From: Dipteris shenzhenensis
Taxonomy: Eukaryota
Length of the DNA: 64,000 nucleotides
Assembly: GCA_047967505.1 (NCBI GenBank)
Contig: CM106538.1
Reading direction: 5' to 3' (one strand)
Numbering within the stretch: position 1 is the first letter of the stretch; each line of letters opens with the position of its first letter. A program made the position numbers and the translations under genes. This document shows positions 1-11,425 of this stretch, piece by piece. Under the pieces are notes generated by a model. The model saw only the letters and a program-made list of their open reading frames with translations, had not been told where the DNA came from and ran no database searches.

Positions 1-1989
1 CAGAACCAAGCTTTCGACCTCTTGTGTTGGACTATCGATGTTGATGCTTCCCGGCTTCCATAAACTCTCCCAAGAAATATTTCAATTGATCGACCTAGGA
101 ACATACGGAATGGGATGTGAACCCAATAAATCGAGGCTACCTGTGCCTTTGCCTCTACTATTTGGTGAGAATAGTGAACACTTCCTGAGTGGAAACATCT
201 CTAATTTCATTGGACTCTTGGGAGGATCGAGACCCTTCTTTCGCCCTCTATGCCTACCCTTGCCAAATCGATTCAAAGCTCCCCTAAAGCAACCTTTCCT
301 TTGTTCTCACATGTGCCTGCCTCATCTTGGCAACTGCCTCTCCGAATATAGCATTTACCTCTTCAGCAAATGTTTTCTTCTCCACCTGCACCACAAGGTC
401 TACTATAGACACATTAGCAGGGGGCACCTATGATCTTGTCACCCATTGACATTGGGTAGCATCCCTCACTTCACCTATGAAGATGTTGGCATGATGTTGA
501 GGGTGGCTTCTCTGGCCCTCCTCAAGTCCTTGTGTGTCTAGCATCTAGGAGATGCTAATCATTGGTGTAGAAGTGGGTTGTGGTTGATGACTCCTATGAG
601 TGTGCATTCCATAAAACAAAAATGGGACAAAGATATTAGAGAAGCTATACTGTCATCGGATGGAAGCACATTGAAAGGGGTGATCAATTAGAGAAGCAGT
701 CATGTTATCGAATGGAAGCACATTGAAAGGATGATCCACAAGAAGCCATTCGCCGCTTTGCACATTAGCATCAATGCAATTTTCATCGTACTTCTCATCT
801 AAGACCTTTGCATATGTGGTGCAAGATGCCTCGTTAATGAGTGGTTCTTCAGATGGGCCTTTATAGATGAAGCCAGGTTGTTTGTGGTGCAAGATGCATT
901 GCTAATGGCAATTATTCAGGGCTATATTTCATCTAATTCACCCCCACGACACAGGTGGAAATGGCACCCTTTCTAGGAGCAGCGCTCAAGACTTTTTTGG
1001 CTCTAGCAACAATGAGGTGCTTACCAACATCCTTGGCATCTACAAACAGTCATGTACCTTCAATGACCAATTCGATTTCCAAAAATCCGCATACACCAAA
1101 GGGCTTGCATGTTCATGAATTGATTAGAGCTAGCAATACCATTTCATCCATACGATGGCTGATTAAAGCATTAACATTGAGGATCACCATGTTGCCAATG
1201 GTCTAGGAAGAAGGAGTTGAGAGGATCATATGGGCACCAAAAAACCCAACATTGAAATGAAGGAAATGTTGCATAGTTGATTCAAGGAGTGGCAATACTC
1301 AATTTGCTATTTTGCATACAAGAAAGCATTTATACAGAGCTCTTGCATGTAGAGCATTGATGAGTGTGAAGGAAGGCTTCCATGGCCTAGATGAAAATTT
1401 GGTCAAGCATTAGCATTTGGCAGAGTCTAGAAAGGAAGGCTTCGATGGTGCGCATGACAATTTGACTGAGATAATAAAGAGAATTAAGTTAGTGGTAATA
1501 GACATAGGCCCCATCTATAGATATGGAGAAATTATCTGATCAATGAGGGTAGCAAGCTACGCTTTTTTAGGCAACATCCGATGTAAAAACATATTTATAT
1601 GTGGCTCAAGGAGAGCTTCAAATTTGAATAGATTGCATTATGCTACATGCCTAAAGCTTTCACAAAAATGATTCACACATTCTCCTCCTTCTTAATTGCT
1701 CCCTTTAAGCTTATATTACAATGGTATGTTTTGTCGTAACAACGGCTCAATGTGCTCCTGCCAATAGACTGGCAGATTGTGGGAGGTCCTAACCTAATCC
1801 TGGGATCTACGTGGGATGCCTTGCTATCGTGGGTGGCATTGATGATGTGGGTTGTCCTTCTAGCATGTCGTCGGATGACATAGTCTATCCTACGGCATGT
1901 CATCATGTCATTTTAATCTCCTTGAGATTAAATGATACATGCATGGAAGGCCTTGATTTGTGACATGTGTGTGGTTGTCTTTATGCATG

Positions 1990-3000
1990 GATGATCCATA
2001 GAGCAATGGTCACCATCATGCATAGTGTTTCCAATAGCTTGAAGAATCTAGTACCGACCAATCCAGTTGGCGACGAGAAACTCTCAGCAAGACCCTTCTT
2101 GCAAACATGGTAATTAATCATTACATGGTCTCCAAGGAAAAAGGTGACTAGCTGATGACACTTGTTATATGAGATGCACTGGCATGCTTGAGTTTGTCAT
2201 AAATGCTCAAGGGCCCAATCCTTAGCCTCACATCCCTTTATCTTGTTTCCATCAATGAGGCCAACTTCAAGGACCAAGGTAGGAGGTCAACCATATAAAA
2301 CTTCACAATGGCTAATTTGGGTAGATTAATGGATTGTTGTGTTGTAAGCTACTACCACAAATGGATGGGAAACATCCCAGTTGGCATGTATCGAATCGAT
2401 GTACATGGCCAAGATTAGTTTAATAATGTGATTGATTCATTCAGTAAGACCATTGCAATTTGGATGGTGAGGATTGGTGAATTGCTATTTCATGTAAAGG
2501 CAATCAGCAACAACAATCTTCATGACTTCGGATCAGAAATTGGAACCTTGATCAGAGAGGATCTGCTCCAAACACCCATGAGGGAGAATAAGGTGCTATA
2601 AGAGGAAGTCAGCTACCTTGGATGCAAGTGCAACCTTTAATAGAGGAGATTGTATACTTTGGCTAGCACTATAATGTCCTTATGTCCAAAAACAAAAGTG
2701 GGAAATGAGCCCATGATGTCAAATGCAACAAGCTCAACTTGTCGAGAGGTTGAAATTGCAGGAGATTCCTGTTGAGCACCATGGTTGGAGATTTGAAGCT
2801 TGGCATGTGGACATGATTGGAGATACAAATGTAGTGAGTGGTGCATTTTAGGCCAGAAAATAAGAGCTTGGAGCTTAGTTAGAACTTTTAAAACCCCAAG
2901 ATGCTCACTGAATGAACCATCATGAATTGTGTGTAAGTAATAGTTGTGGAATCTAGAGGGGATATACACATGCAGCTAGAATGGCAGCTTGTGATAGTGA
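1990..3000 (-). pseudogene. Degenerate Ty3/gypsy integrase fragment
   Basis: Minus-strand translation gives HTIHDGSFSEHLG..FWPKM (zinc-finger region), VAFDIMG, and HPNCNGLTE..NWD..VVAYNTTIH, with many stops and frameshifts. Confidence 0.7.
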
Positions 3001-3879
3001 AGTAAGTCATCAATGAGGTCAATAGGACATCCCACATCATCAGTCCCACCCATAAGAACAAGGTACACCACATAGATTCCATGATAGGTTAGGCCATCCC
3101 ATGATCTACCAATCCATTGGTGGAACTATGTTGAGTCTTTTGTGGCTCAGCCTAGTGGAGAAACTCTATTTGAGCTTCTACAAAAAAAAGCAACAGTACA
3201 AGGTGGAGGATGATCAAATGGAGACATAAACACCTCTATGCCTCCAATCGCTCTTCTCCCACCAAATGCAAAAGATTACCAAAACTACAGGCCTGGACAT
3301 TTTGAATGGCCTAAAGGAAATGGCAGTGTTTCCAGGAGTGCCCATAATGATTGCAATAAAAGCATTAAGGCCATTCCTAAAAGCATCACGATCGGGTAGA
3401 CATGGTCAAGATTGTGATTGCAATGGAACATCAAGATTATCCTATTTTATTAGGATTTACATGATTGGGGCTTTGGGGAGATGATAATCAAACTTGATGG
3501 TAAGAATGTTTGCATACTAACCAATCCTTGGAAGGTGCCAACTAGTTGCCGACCTAAGGAAGTGGAAGTACTTGATCCCTTTCCTTAAGATGCTGAGTCC
3601 CAATAAATGGAGTTCTAGATCATTCCCGTTGGTGAGCTTGACGTATTGTAAGTTGTAGCAAACATCAAATGCAAAATGAAGACCGAGCAGATAGCAGCTT
3701 AGAAGGACATGTATCCAAGTCATTTCATATAAGTTATTGTGGGTTAAAGGGAGATAGGTGAAACCCCATTGCTATCACTTGACTTGAAAATGAATAGTTG
3801 ATACCCAATCTGACTCAAGAACTTAATATTGGCATGGAAGAGGAGCTGAGCACAGTTGTGGTTAGTGCCAATCTGACAT

Positions 3880-4998
3880 TCGAGCAACTATGTGTGATCA
3901 AAGAACTATTTGTTACATATAAAGATGTCTTTGCCTAGAATTACACCGATCTTTGAGGTGTTCCTCCTGAGATATGTCAACACAGAATCCCTTTGGTACT
4001 AGCTACCACACCAATTAGACAACAAAGATACAGGATGAATCCTCATTATGCCAAGTAAGTTAAAGCTAAACTGAATCAAGTTATTAAGGCTAGATTTATT
4101 TATAAAGGTTGAATCAACTTATTAAGGCTAGATTCATTTATGCCATTGATCACAATGATTGGTTGTTTCCAATAGTGATTGTGCCTAGGAAGAATGGCAA
4201 GCTTCGTGTTTGTGTGGATTATAGGAAGATGAATGAACAAACTATTCCAGATCCATTTCCTATACCTTTTATAGATGGAATTATTGATCACATTGTGTAG
4301 GACATGAGATGTACTCATTTATGGATGGTTATAGTGGATATAATTAGAGTACTATGGTGCATGGGGATCAATCTAAGACATCATTCATAACTAAGTAGGG
4401 AGCTTATGTGACTCGGGTGATGCCATTTGGCTTAAGTAATGCCCCCTCTACTTTTTAGAAGTTTATGTTGGAAATTTTTTGAGATTATTTGACCAAGTTC
4501 ATTGCCATCAATTTGGATGACTTTTGCATCTATTCATTAGATACAGATCACTTGACTTTCTTGGAAAGGTATTCCAATGATGCAGACAAGAAAGTATCTC
4601 TTTCAATCTAACAAAGTCAGTGTTTTGTGTATGAGTTGGTGTATTGCTCGGATATGTGATTTTCAAAGATGGTATTTGCACCAAGCTAGGTAAAAATCAT
4701 GCTATAAAAGCCATGCCTGAGTCCACTAACCTAACGCAATTGCGTTCATTTGTGGGTTTCATTAGTTTTTATAGGAGATTTGTAAAGGACTTTTCCAAGA
4801 ATGCAACTCTGTTATATGAGCTCACCAAGAAGGATACTAGATTTAAGTGGAAACTTGAGTTATTAGAGGTTTTTCAAGATCTCAAAAGTTGAGCTGTGAC
4901 CACTCCAATTTTAAGGCAACAAAAGGTGAGATGTCATTTTTCATGTGCATGTTGATGCTACAGGGTATGTTTTAGGAATTATATTGGCTCAACTAGGG
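3880..4998 (+). pseudogene. Degenerate Ty3/gypsy RT-RNase H fragment, same broad lineage as the intact element
   Basis: PIVIVPRKNGKLRVCVDYRKMNEQTIPDPFPIPFID, HEMYSFMDGYSGYN, MPFGLSNAP, LDDF, LRSFVGFISFYRRFV, HVHVDA; multiple stops. Confidence 0.9.
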
Positions 4999-5080
4999 TA
5001 CGTCCTTTCTCTAAGCATCTTGGTCTGAGCACATTTTTCTGAGCATGGCCTATATTGTGATTTCATAGACAATTTTATCA

Positions 5081-5212
5081 TAACATCACACACCATTTAG
5101 TCATAAAACTACCCCAAGAAGATACTATATACATTTCTACCCCACAAAGATGCTGCTAACATCACACACCCTTTAGTCATAAAACTACCCCACAAAGATG
5201 TTATATACATTT
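5081..5212. repeat. Imperfect direct repeat (~76-bp period, 2 copies)
   Basis: taacatcacacacc(a/c)tttagtcataaaactacccc..gat..tatatacattt starts at ~5081 and ~5157. Confidence 0.7.
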
Positions 5213-5774
5213 AATTACATTTCTTTCCAATAGTATTTAGGGCTTATAAGATCCCTTTATTCACAAAACTACTTTTCATGTATACTTGATTTCAACACCC
5301 TCCACCTATATCATCCATCATTCATACTATCATGATAGATAGTGATTTATTGATGAAATGATTGCAAGTCACATGGTGAAGAATTTAGGGTGCAAATTTG
5401 CATGCATCTATGCTGAAACATTTATTAGTTGCATCAAGGAGATACTTTAAGATTCAATTCACCATGATGATCATTTGTACACAACTCATAGTTTTGACAT
5501 GCAAACCTTAACTAAGATATGACATGATTGTCACATCTCTAGCAAATAGAAAAAGTTTTATGAAACCAACATGCTCAAAATTGAATATGCAATATTGAGA
5601 TTAATATTCATGGTGGGTACTCACATGATGTACTAATAGTTCTTCAATATGATTACTACATCTCTAGCAAATAAAATAGGTGCAAGACACCACAAAAGCT
5701 ATGCATGTTCAATACTAGGGCATCACAAGCAAAATGAATTGCTTGAAGGGAAAAACTCATGTCAAATCACTAGA

Positions 5775-8700
5775 CTCAATCTTCTTTACTAATGTCATCC
5801 ACATAGATACTGCGATGATGCCTTCTCTCTTCGATGGGGGCATTGAATGCAAAGTCATTACACATCATCTCAGCCATAGCACCTGCATAAGAGGGCAAAA
5901 AGCTTTAAAAAATCAATCAATATCAATGCCTCATTGATAATAATATTCTCCAACAAATAGTTTTAAAAAGATAAAACACGAGAGTAACATACTTACTAGG
6001 CGTCTGTAAGATTAACAACCATTTCCACATCTTTGGAATCATTTAGAGTCCCATAGTTGCTTAACACATTTCCCTTTCCTTTCTGTCCATCCAAAAATGG
6101 TTGCAATATAGAATTGCAAATGTCAGGATCATTCTCAATAGATAAGCATGCTCTCTTAGAATGCACACATGCTTTTTGCATAGAACCAGTCCTAGCACCT
6201 AAGTCCACCACATGTCCAGAAATTGGACACAAGAACTCCAAGAAGTACAACATCATGCATGGAGCCTTCTCCAATGCACCTCTCCATGGAATACTCTCTC
6301 CATGTTTTATAGTCTGCTCACTTGTTGGCAAATAATGATGAAACAAACTACTTTCAAAAGCAATGCCCAATTTGGTACCAACCACGGAAGCATTTCTAGG
6401 ATTACAAACACAAGACATACCAGCCCGATGAAGAAGGCATAAAACCACAACATCCACCTAAAGACAAGAAAAGAATTAAATGTATACTTAGTACAAGCCA
6501 TTTCATTATACAAGAGCATAAATTCTTTCAACAGGTCATTGTATGACAATTGTCTCACCTTATGATCAATACCACCAACTTTGATTGTACAATATGCATC
6601 TAAGCATTGCATGTACATTCGACATGCAAACTCCAATCTACTGATCCTAGCATAATGCTCAACCAAATGAAGAACATGAGGAGCACACATAACTAGGATC
6701 CAGCCAGAATCTGAAACAATTGTGGCTACTACTAGCAAGGAGTAGCGTACATGGTCCTCTATTAATAAATTCCAAGATGGAGATGTGGAATCCTCTATTC
6801 CAAGAGCTTCTAGCTGTGTATGTAGATCAATAATGAAAAATCTGCAGCCCAAGCAACACTCTTACCATTTCTTGTTTTTCTTTCACCTCCAAGACCCACA
6901 AAGTATTCCTTCATGTTTATATAGGCTTGTGTGAAGTTTGAGACAGACAATTGCTTCGCAAACTCGACATAATCATAGCACCAAACCTTGCAATGTGAAG
7001 CATCACATGTGCCACTCTGATTCAAAGTTAGAGAGTTCAATGGAATGTACAAAAAGCAGACAGACCTATCTTTCCATTTACATCCTTTCAAAATGGGTGT
7101 AGACTGTAGTACCTGCACATCTGTACCCACACCACATATGTAAAGAAACAAAGTGATAACAACATATGTTACACAAACAAATAACAGCTTGAAAAAAGAT
7201 CAAGAGAACTTACCATTATTAGTACCAAGATTTTTTGGTGGCCTACCACCCTTCTTTAGTTCCATACTTGAATCTTTGTCCTTTTTAATCATCTTCTCAA
7301 GTGTTTTTTGAACCTTAATGACTGCATCATCCTCGTGGATTGAATTTGATCTTGATGAACCCATCTCTCCCTTTTTATGCTATGTGTATAGCTCTACCTC
7401 CTCCTCGATGCAACATCCTTTTTCATATCAAGCCACCATGGGTAGTTCTTTCTCTCCCACTCAGAGAGCACTTGCTTCCCTTCTTTTTCTATCATGTTTG
7501 GAGAGTACATATAGAATTTTAAGTCCTGAATTTTTGTCCATACTCGACATATAGGAAACAATTTTTTAATCTTACCAATAGCTTTTAAGGATTGCAAGAA
7601 TTTGCATACAATAAGAGTCTTAGTACAAAAGTGAAATACTTAAGGATGGATTTTTAATTGAAAAGGAAAAAGCATGTATTGCTTACCTAAATACCAATCA
7701 TCGAGATGCCCTCGTCATCTCCATTTGTCCTGTTGCAGCTATAGCAACAGTCATTGAATCCTTTAAATCTTCATAAAGTTCAAGTATGTTCATTGCTTGT
7801 ATTTCCCCAAAATACTCTCTCAACGTAGGATCTTGAGGAAGCACAAAGATAGCTTGTTGACTAGCAACCAAGACCTGAGAGAGTAACCTCTTAGATTCAC
7901 AAAGCAACTGATCCATCCATGCCTCTTTCACCATCCACTTTATGAATTCTCTATCAGCTTTTGGCATCCCATAACTTGTTCTCAAATTTGAATCTGACCC
8001 TAAGATTCTGAGGGTTGCTAGTTGTATCTCCTTTGAGACTTTTGCAATGGAGATGTTATGCAACTTTTCCAATGTGACAATGGATGATTTATCATCAAAT
8101 GGGAGGCTCCACAAGATATTAAACCAATCTTCACCATTTGTTGGTTTGACAATAGACAGAATCTACATATAAACAATACATGCAATCATCACACTCAACT
8201 GTATTTTTTAATCATACAATACATGCATATCCCATACCTTGATCATTTTGTAAACAAACATCATATGACCAATCTCAAAAAACACTTGAACACTTTAAAA
8301 AGTCAACTTTATGTTAAGAATCATTAAATTAAACATACCTTGATCATTTTTCGACCATACTTGAGATTCAAATCCTTTCGAATACTTTTAAGTGCTTTCT
8401 CCATATCAGTAACACTCAAATTTGGTTGAAGTTCCTTAAGCTTTGCCTCATAATCTTGCTTGTATAGTGGCTAAAATATATTCCAAAGAAATGAATGACT
8501 ACAATGAATTAGTTAGTTATAATTCAAAAGACATCCATGACAAATGGTATGAAACTTACTACAAATACCATTCTCCCTAGCATAAGAGATGTCAAAGGAT
8601 ACCAAGTACTTGATCCTTTACTGCTTTCATTTGCCCTATGCTTTTCAAGTGTCTCTTTTTCTTCCTCAAAAAATAGTGATAAGTACTCATTCTCATCACA

Positions 8701-9625
8701 CGAACACATTGTATTTGTGTTGTACAAATAATCCTTGAGAATTGCTCTTTCATTAAGGCTGAAAAATAAAAATTACATAGCTTCAAACATATTAAGAATC
8801 GTTCACAAAACCGTTAAAAGCTCGAAAAAAGGTAACACATATAAGCAAGAACTCGCACTTACAGATTGAACCTTTGAAGAGCAGCTATTAGCTTCATTTC
8901 TGTTCTAGAGTAATAAAACTTGCTAAAACTCGAATATGCCATGCCTTTGATGTCTTGAATTTCTCTTCAATTAGAGACATCCATGCAACAGTATGGTGAT
9001 TCCCCTCCCACACAAAAAACATCTTTCAAGACAAAAATGACCATTCATCATCATCAACAATCTGTGCCTCAAATTTTGCATTTACATCCCTCCAACAAGA
9101 ATCCCATGATTGTTCAATTTCATCTGTCACCTCTTGCGAAACACCATCCAGAAGTGTTGTAGATAAAATAAGCATTCCTTTCTGTTGAATATATTTTTCT
9201 GCCTCTAGAGCTTGCTTTAGGCTATCCATATCAATTCGTAGGCCTCTCACTCTTGTGTTTACAACACAACGACATAAAGGGATCAAGGGAGCAATCTTTC
9301 TAGGATTGATTGCAAGAGATTCAATAACATCCTTCCCTTGGCCAATATCAAGTGTAGCAGGAAACTCTTGCTCAAACTCCTCATCCAGTTGTTTATCCTC
9401 TTTCTTTCTCTTCTTAGAAGATTCCTCCACAATTATATTAGTGTCTTCAAAGTCTTCAATCTCCTTATCCTCTTCAACTCCAATTTCAACCTATTTTTGA
9501 ATCTCTAAATTTGGTGTAGATTCCACTTGCAAACTTCTCTTGCTACTTGACCTTCCACCTCTCCTGCCTTCTCGTTCTCCTCTTCCACCTCTCCCCCCTC
9601 TCTCAGAAGTTCTTATTTTTACCAT
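5775..9625 (-). pseudogene. Spliced (~8 exons), decayed gene: N-terminal ParB-like domain plus C-terminal beta-class amino (N4C/N6A) DNA methyltransferase-like domain
   Basis: GT donors at ~8862, 8559, 8338, 7686, 7213, 6558 and 5996, most with matching yag acceptors. ParB-like FVWEGNHHTVAW at ~8975-9015. MTase motifs in beta order: AADF/IIDL (~6820-6850), VSDSGWILVMC, and EKAPCMMLYFLEFLCPISGHVVDLGARTGS..ACVHSKRACLSIENDP (~6125-6275). Several stops and frameshifts. Confidence 0.7.
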
Positions 9626-9669
9626 CCTGCCAACGTGACAAAAATCGGTGAGAAGAACTTACGACGTGA

Positions 9670-9842
9670 TGGAGAAAGCAAGGCGAGAGAAGAAGGAGCG
9701 AGGCAAGGGAGGGAGGGATACAAAGAGGGTACAGAGGCGAGGGAGGGAGGGACACAAAGAGGGTATAGAGGCAAGGGAGGGAGGCGAGGCAGAGGGAGGG
9801 AGGGAGCCACACAGAGGGACAAAGAGAGGGAGGGAGGGAGGT
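9670..9842. repeat. GA-rich (gggagggaggc) low-complexity repeat
   Basis: Repeated gagggagggagg / ggcaagggagggagg units, related to the 10580-10894 block. Confidence 0.75.
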
Positions 9843-10124
9843 AGATGGTTGTTGGCAGCATATCACGGCTGATGTAGGACAAGAAGATCAAATGGGAGTG
9901 GCTTCAGGGGCAAGAAACCATTGACAAATTTATGCACCTTCCAAAGCCTTTCTTAGAACTGCCTTTTTTTAGCTCAACATAAAATTGGCTTTACATTACT
10001 TTCTTTTTTTTCGTGAGAATGAAAATTGTATTAGATCAAGAGTACAATTTGGAAAACCTTCGCAACCCCTTCTTTTTTCAATTATTCTCTATTGTGAAAT
10101 TCTTACTTGGTTATCACAACTACC

Positions 10125-10578
10125 AATAGCCCTGGAAGGTCGAACCAGCAGCATCTCTAGAACAAGCTTCCATAAATGCCAACCCTCCCTCAACCCCGCA
10201 AACCTACTCCGTGCCCCTACCAAATTCACAAAACCGTTTGCATCCTCTTTGTAATCCACGAAAAGCTCTGCTTGCAACCATGACATCTAAAAGAAGACAG
10301 ATCTGGGGGCACAACAACACGATATATTTTGCCAGGGTAGTGGTGTTCAAAGTACTCTTGTAGTGGTCTCGTCTTTGCTACTAACGTCCTAGGAATCCCA
10401 TGAATCATAAGTGTAAATGCAACAATATAGTTTGTTGTTACCTCTCCATGAAATCGTGTGGATACAAGCCTTTTATCCAAAGCTTGTATACACAGATGCA
10501 TCACTCCCACCATTGCAACCATGAACAAAAAATGGCCCCATAATAATGAAGAACCCTTTTCTACATGTATAACTATGG
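10125..10578 (-). pseudogene. Captured fragment of an OSCA4/CSC1-like (At4g35870-type) channel gene
   Basis: IHVEKGSSLLWGHFLFMV..STRF..AFTLMIHGIPRTL..PLQEYFEHHYPGKIYRVVVPPDL matches the OSCA4.1 N-terminal region as I recall it (HIKKGSGLLWLHF..FTIMVQGLP..YPGKVYKFIVPMDL). Truncated at both ends. Confidence 0.75.
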
Positions 10579-10579
10579 C

Positions 10580-10894
10580 CCGTTGCGTGGGAGGGAGGCT
10601 GCATGCAGGAGGGAGGCAAGGCAAGCGAGGGAGAAAGGGAGGGAGGCGAGGTGAGGAAGGCAAAGCGAGGGAGGGAGGTAGAGCGAGAGGGAAGGAACGA
10701 GGGAGCGAGGCGAGGGAGGGAGGCTGCACGCAAGAGGGAGGTAGGCGAGGCGAGCGACAGAGGGAGGGAGCGAGGGAGGGAGGCGAGGTGAGGGAGGCAA
10801 AGCGAGGGAGGGTAGAGCGAGAGGGAAGGAGCGAGGGAGCGAGGCGAGGGAGGGAGGCTGCACGCGGGAGGGAGGCGAGGTGAGGGAGGCAAAG
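10580..10894. repeat. GA-rich tandem repeat, insertion target of the LTR element; resumes at 20549-20692
   Basis: Units such as gggaggcgaggtgagggaggcaaagcgagggagggtagagcgagagggaagg occur on both sides of the insertion. Confidence 0.85.
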
Positions 10895-11368
10895 TGTTAG
10901 CCCTCTCTACTCTGAAGACTAACTCGAAACGCACTACTGCGACAGATTTACATGCGTAATCGTACTTCAGAACTGCGTATGAAAATTCATAGAGTAGAAC
11001 AGTGATCGACAGAATCATTCATGATAAAACAATAAGGTAGATGCAATAGAATCTCTGTATTACATTTCTCCGAGCAGTACAACACCGTACTCTCTGATAC
11101 ATAGCACTGATCCTTGCTCCGATCCTCATCAATGAGCCCCCTGAATGATCGCTCTCTTCTCTCTTATCTAACCGGCACACATAACTCCTTCACGGTTGCC
11201 GTGACGGTTGCCGTGCCTATTCAGTTCTCCGCCTAGTCCTAGAACTTCCGTCTTTTCATATCTTACTATAAACTAGATACAACGTATTAATGATAATGAT
11301 CTAAGGACTAATGATCTAAGGACTCCCCCCCTAGTTCCTCTTTGCTGTTGCTGCTTTTGCCCTTAACA
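10895..11368 (-). repeat. 3' LTR (474 bp)
   Basis: tgttagccc...cccttaaca, near-identical to 20070-20543. Confidence 0.97.
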
Positions 11369-11370
11369 CT

Positions 11371-11384
11371 TGGCACTCCCGGTG
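11371..11384 (+). other. Second, inverted PBS-like site at the position where a PPT is expected
   Basis: + strand reads LTR-aca ct TGGCACTCCCGGTG; the element-sense strand reads CACCGGGAGTGCCA, like a tRNA 3' end. No purine run abuts the 3' LTR. Confidence 0.6.
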
Positions 11385-11425
11385 AATCGGATTCCGGATC
11401 CGCATCCGAACCCACCGGTTCTCCG

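Noticed and set aside
1-1990. Short ORFs at the window start
   Set aside because: Probably decayed retroelement sequence, but no diagnostic motif could be read.
9603-11018. Many overlapping Pro/Leu/Ser- or Gly/Arg/Glu-rich ORFs
   Set aside because: Artefacts of GA-rich repeats lacking stop codons; only the OSCA-like segment is recognisable.
11320-11345. GGAACTAGGGGGGGAG purine run as the missing PPT
   Set aside because: It lies ~30 bp inside both LTR copies; TG..CA ends and the TSD fix the boundary outside it.
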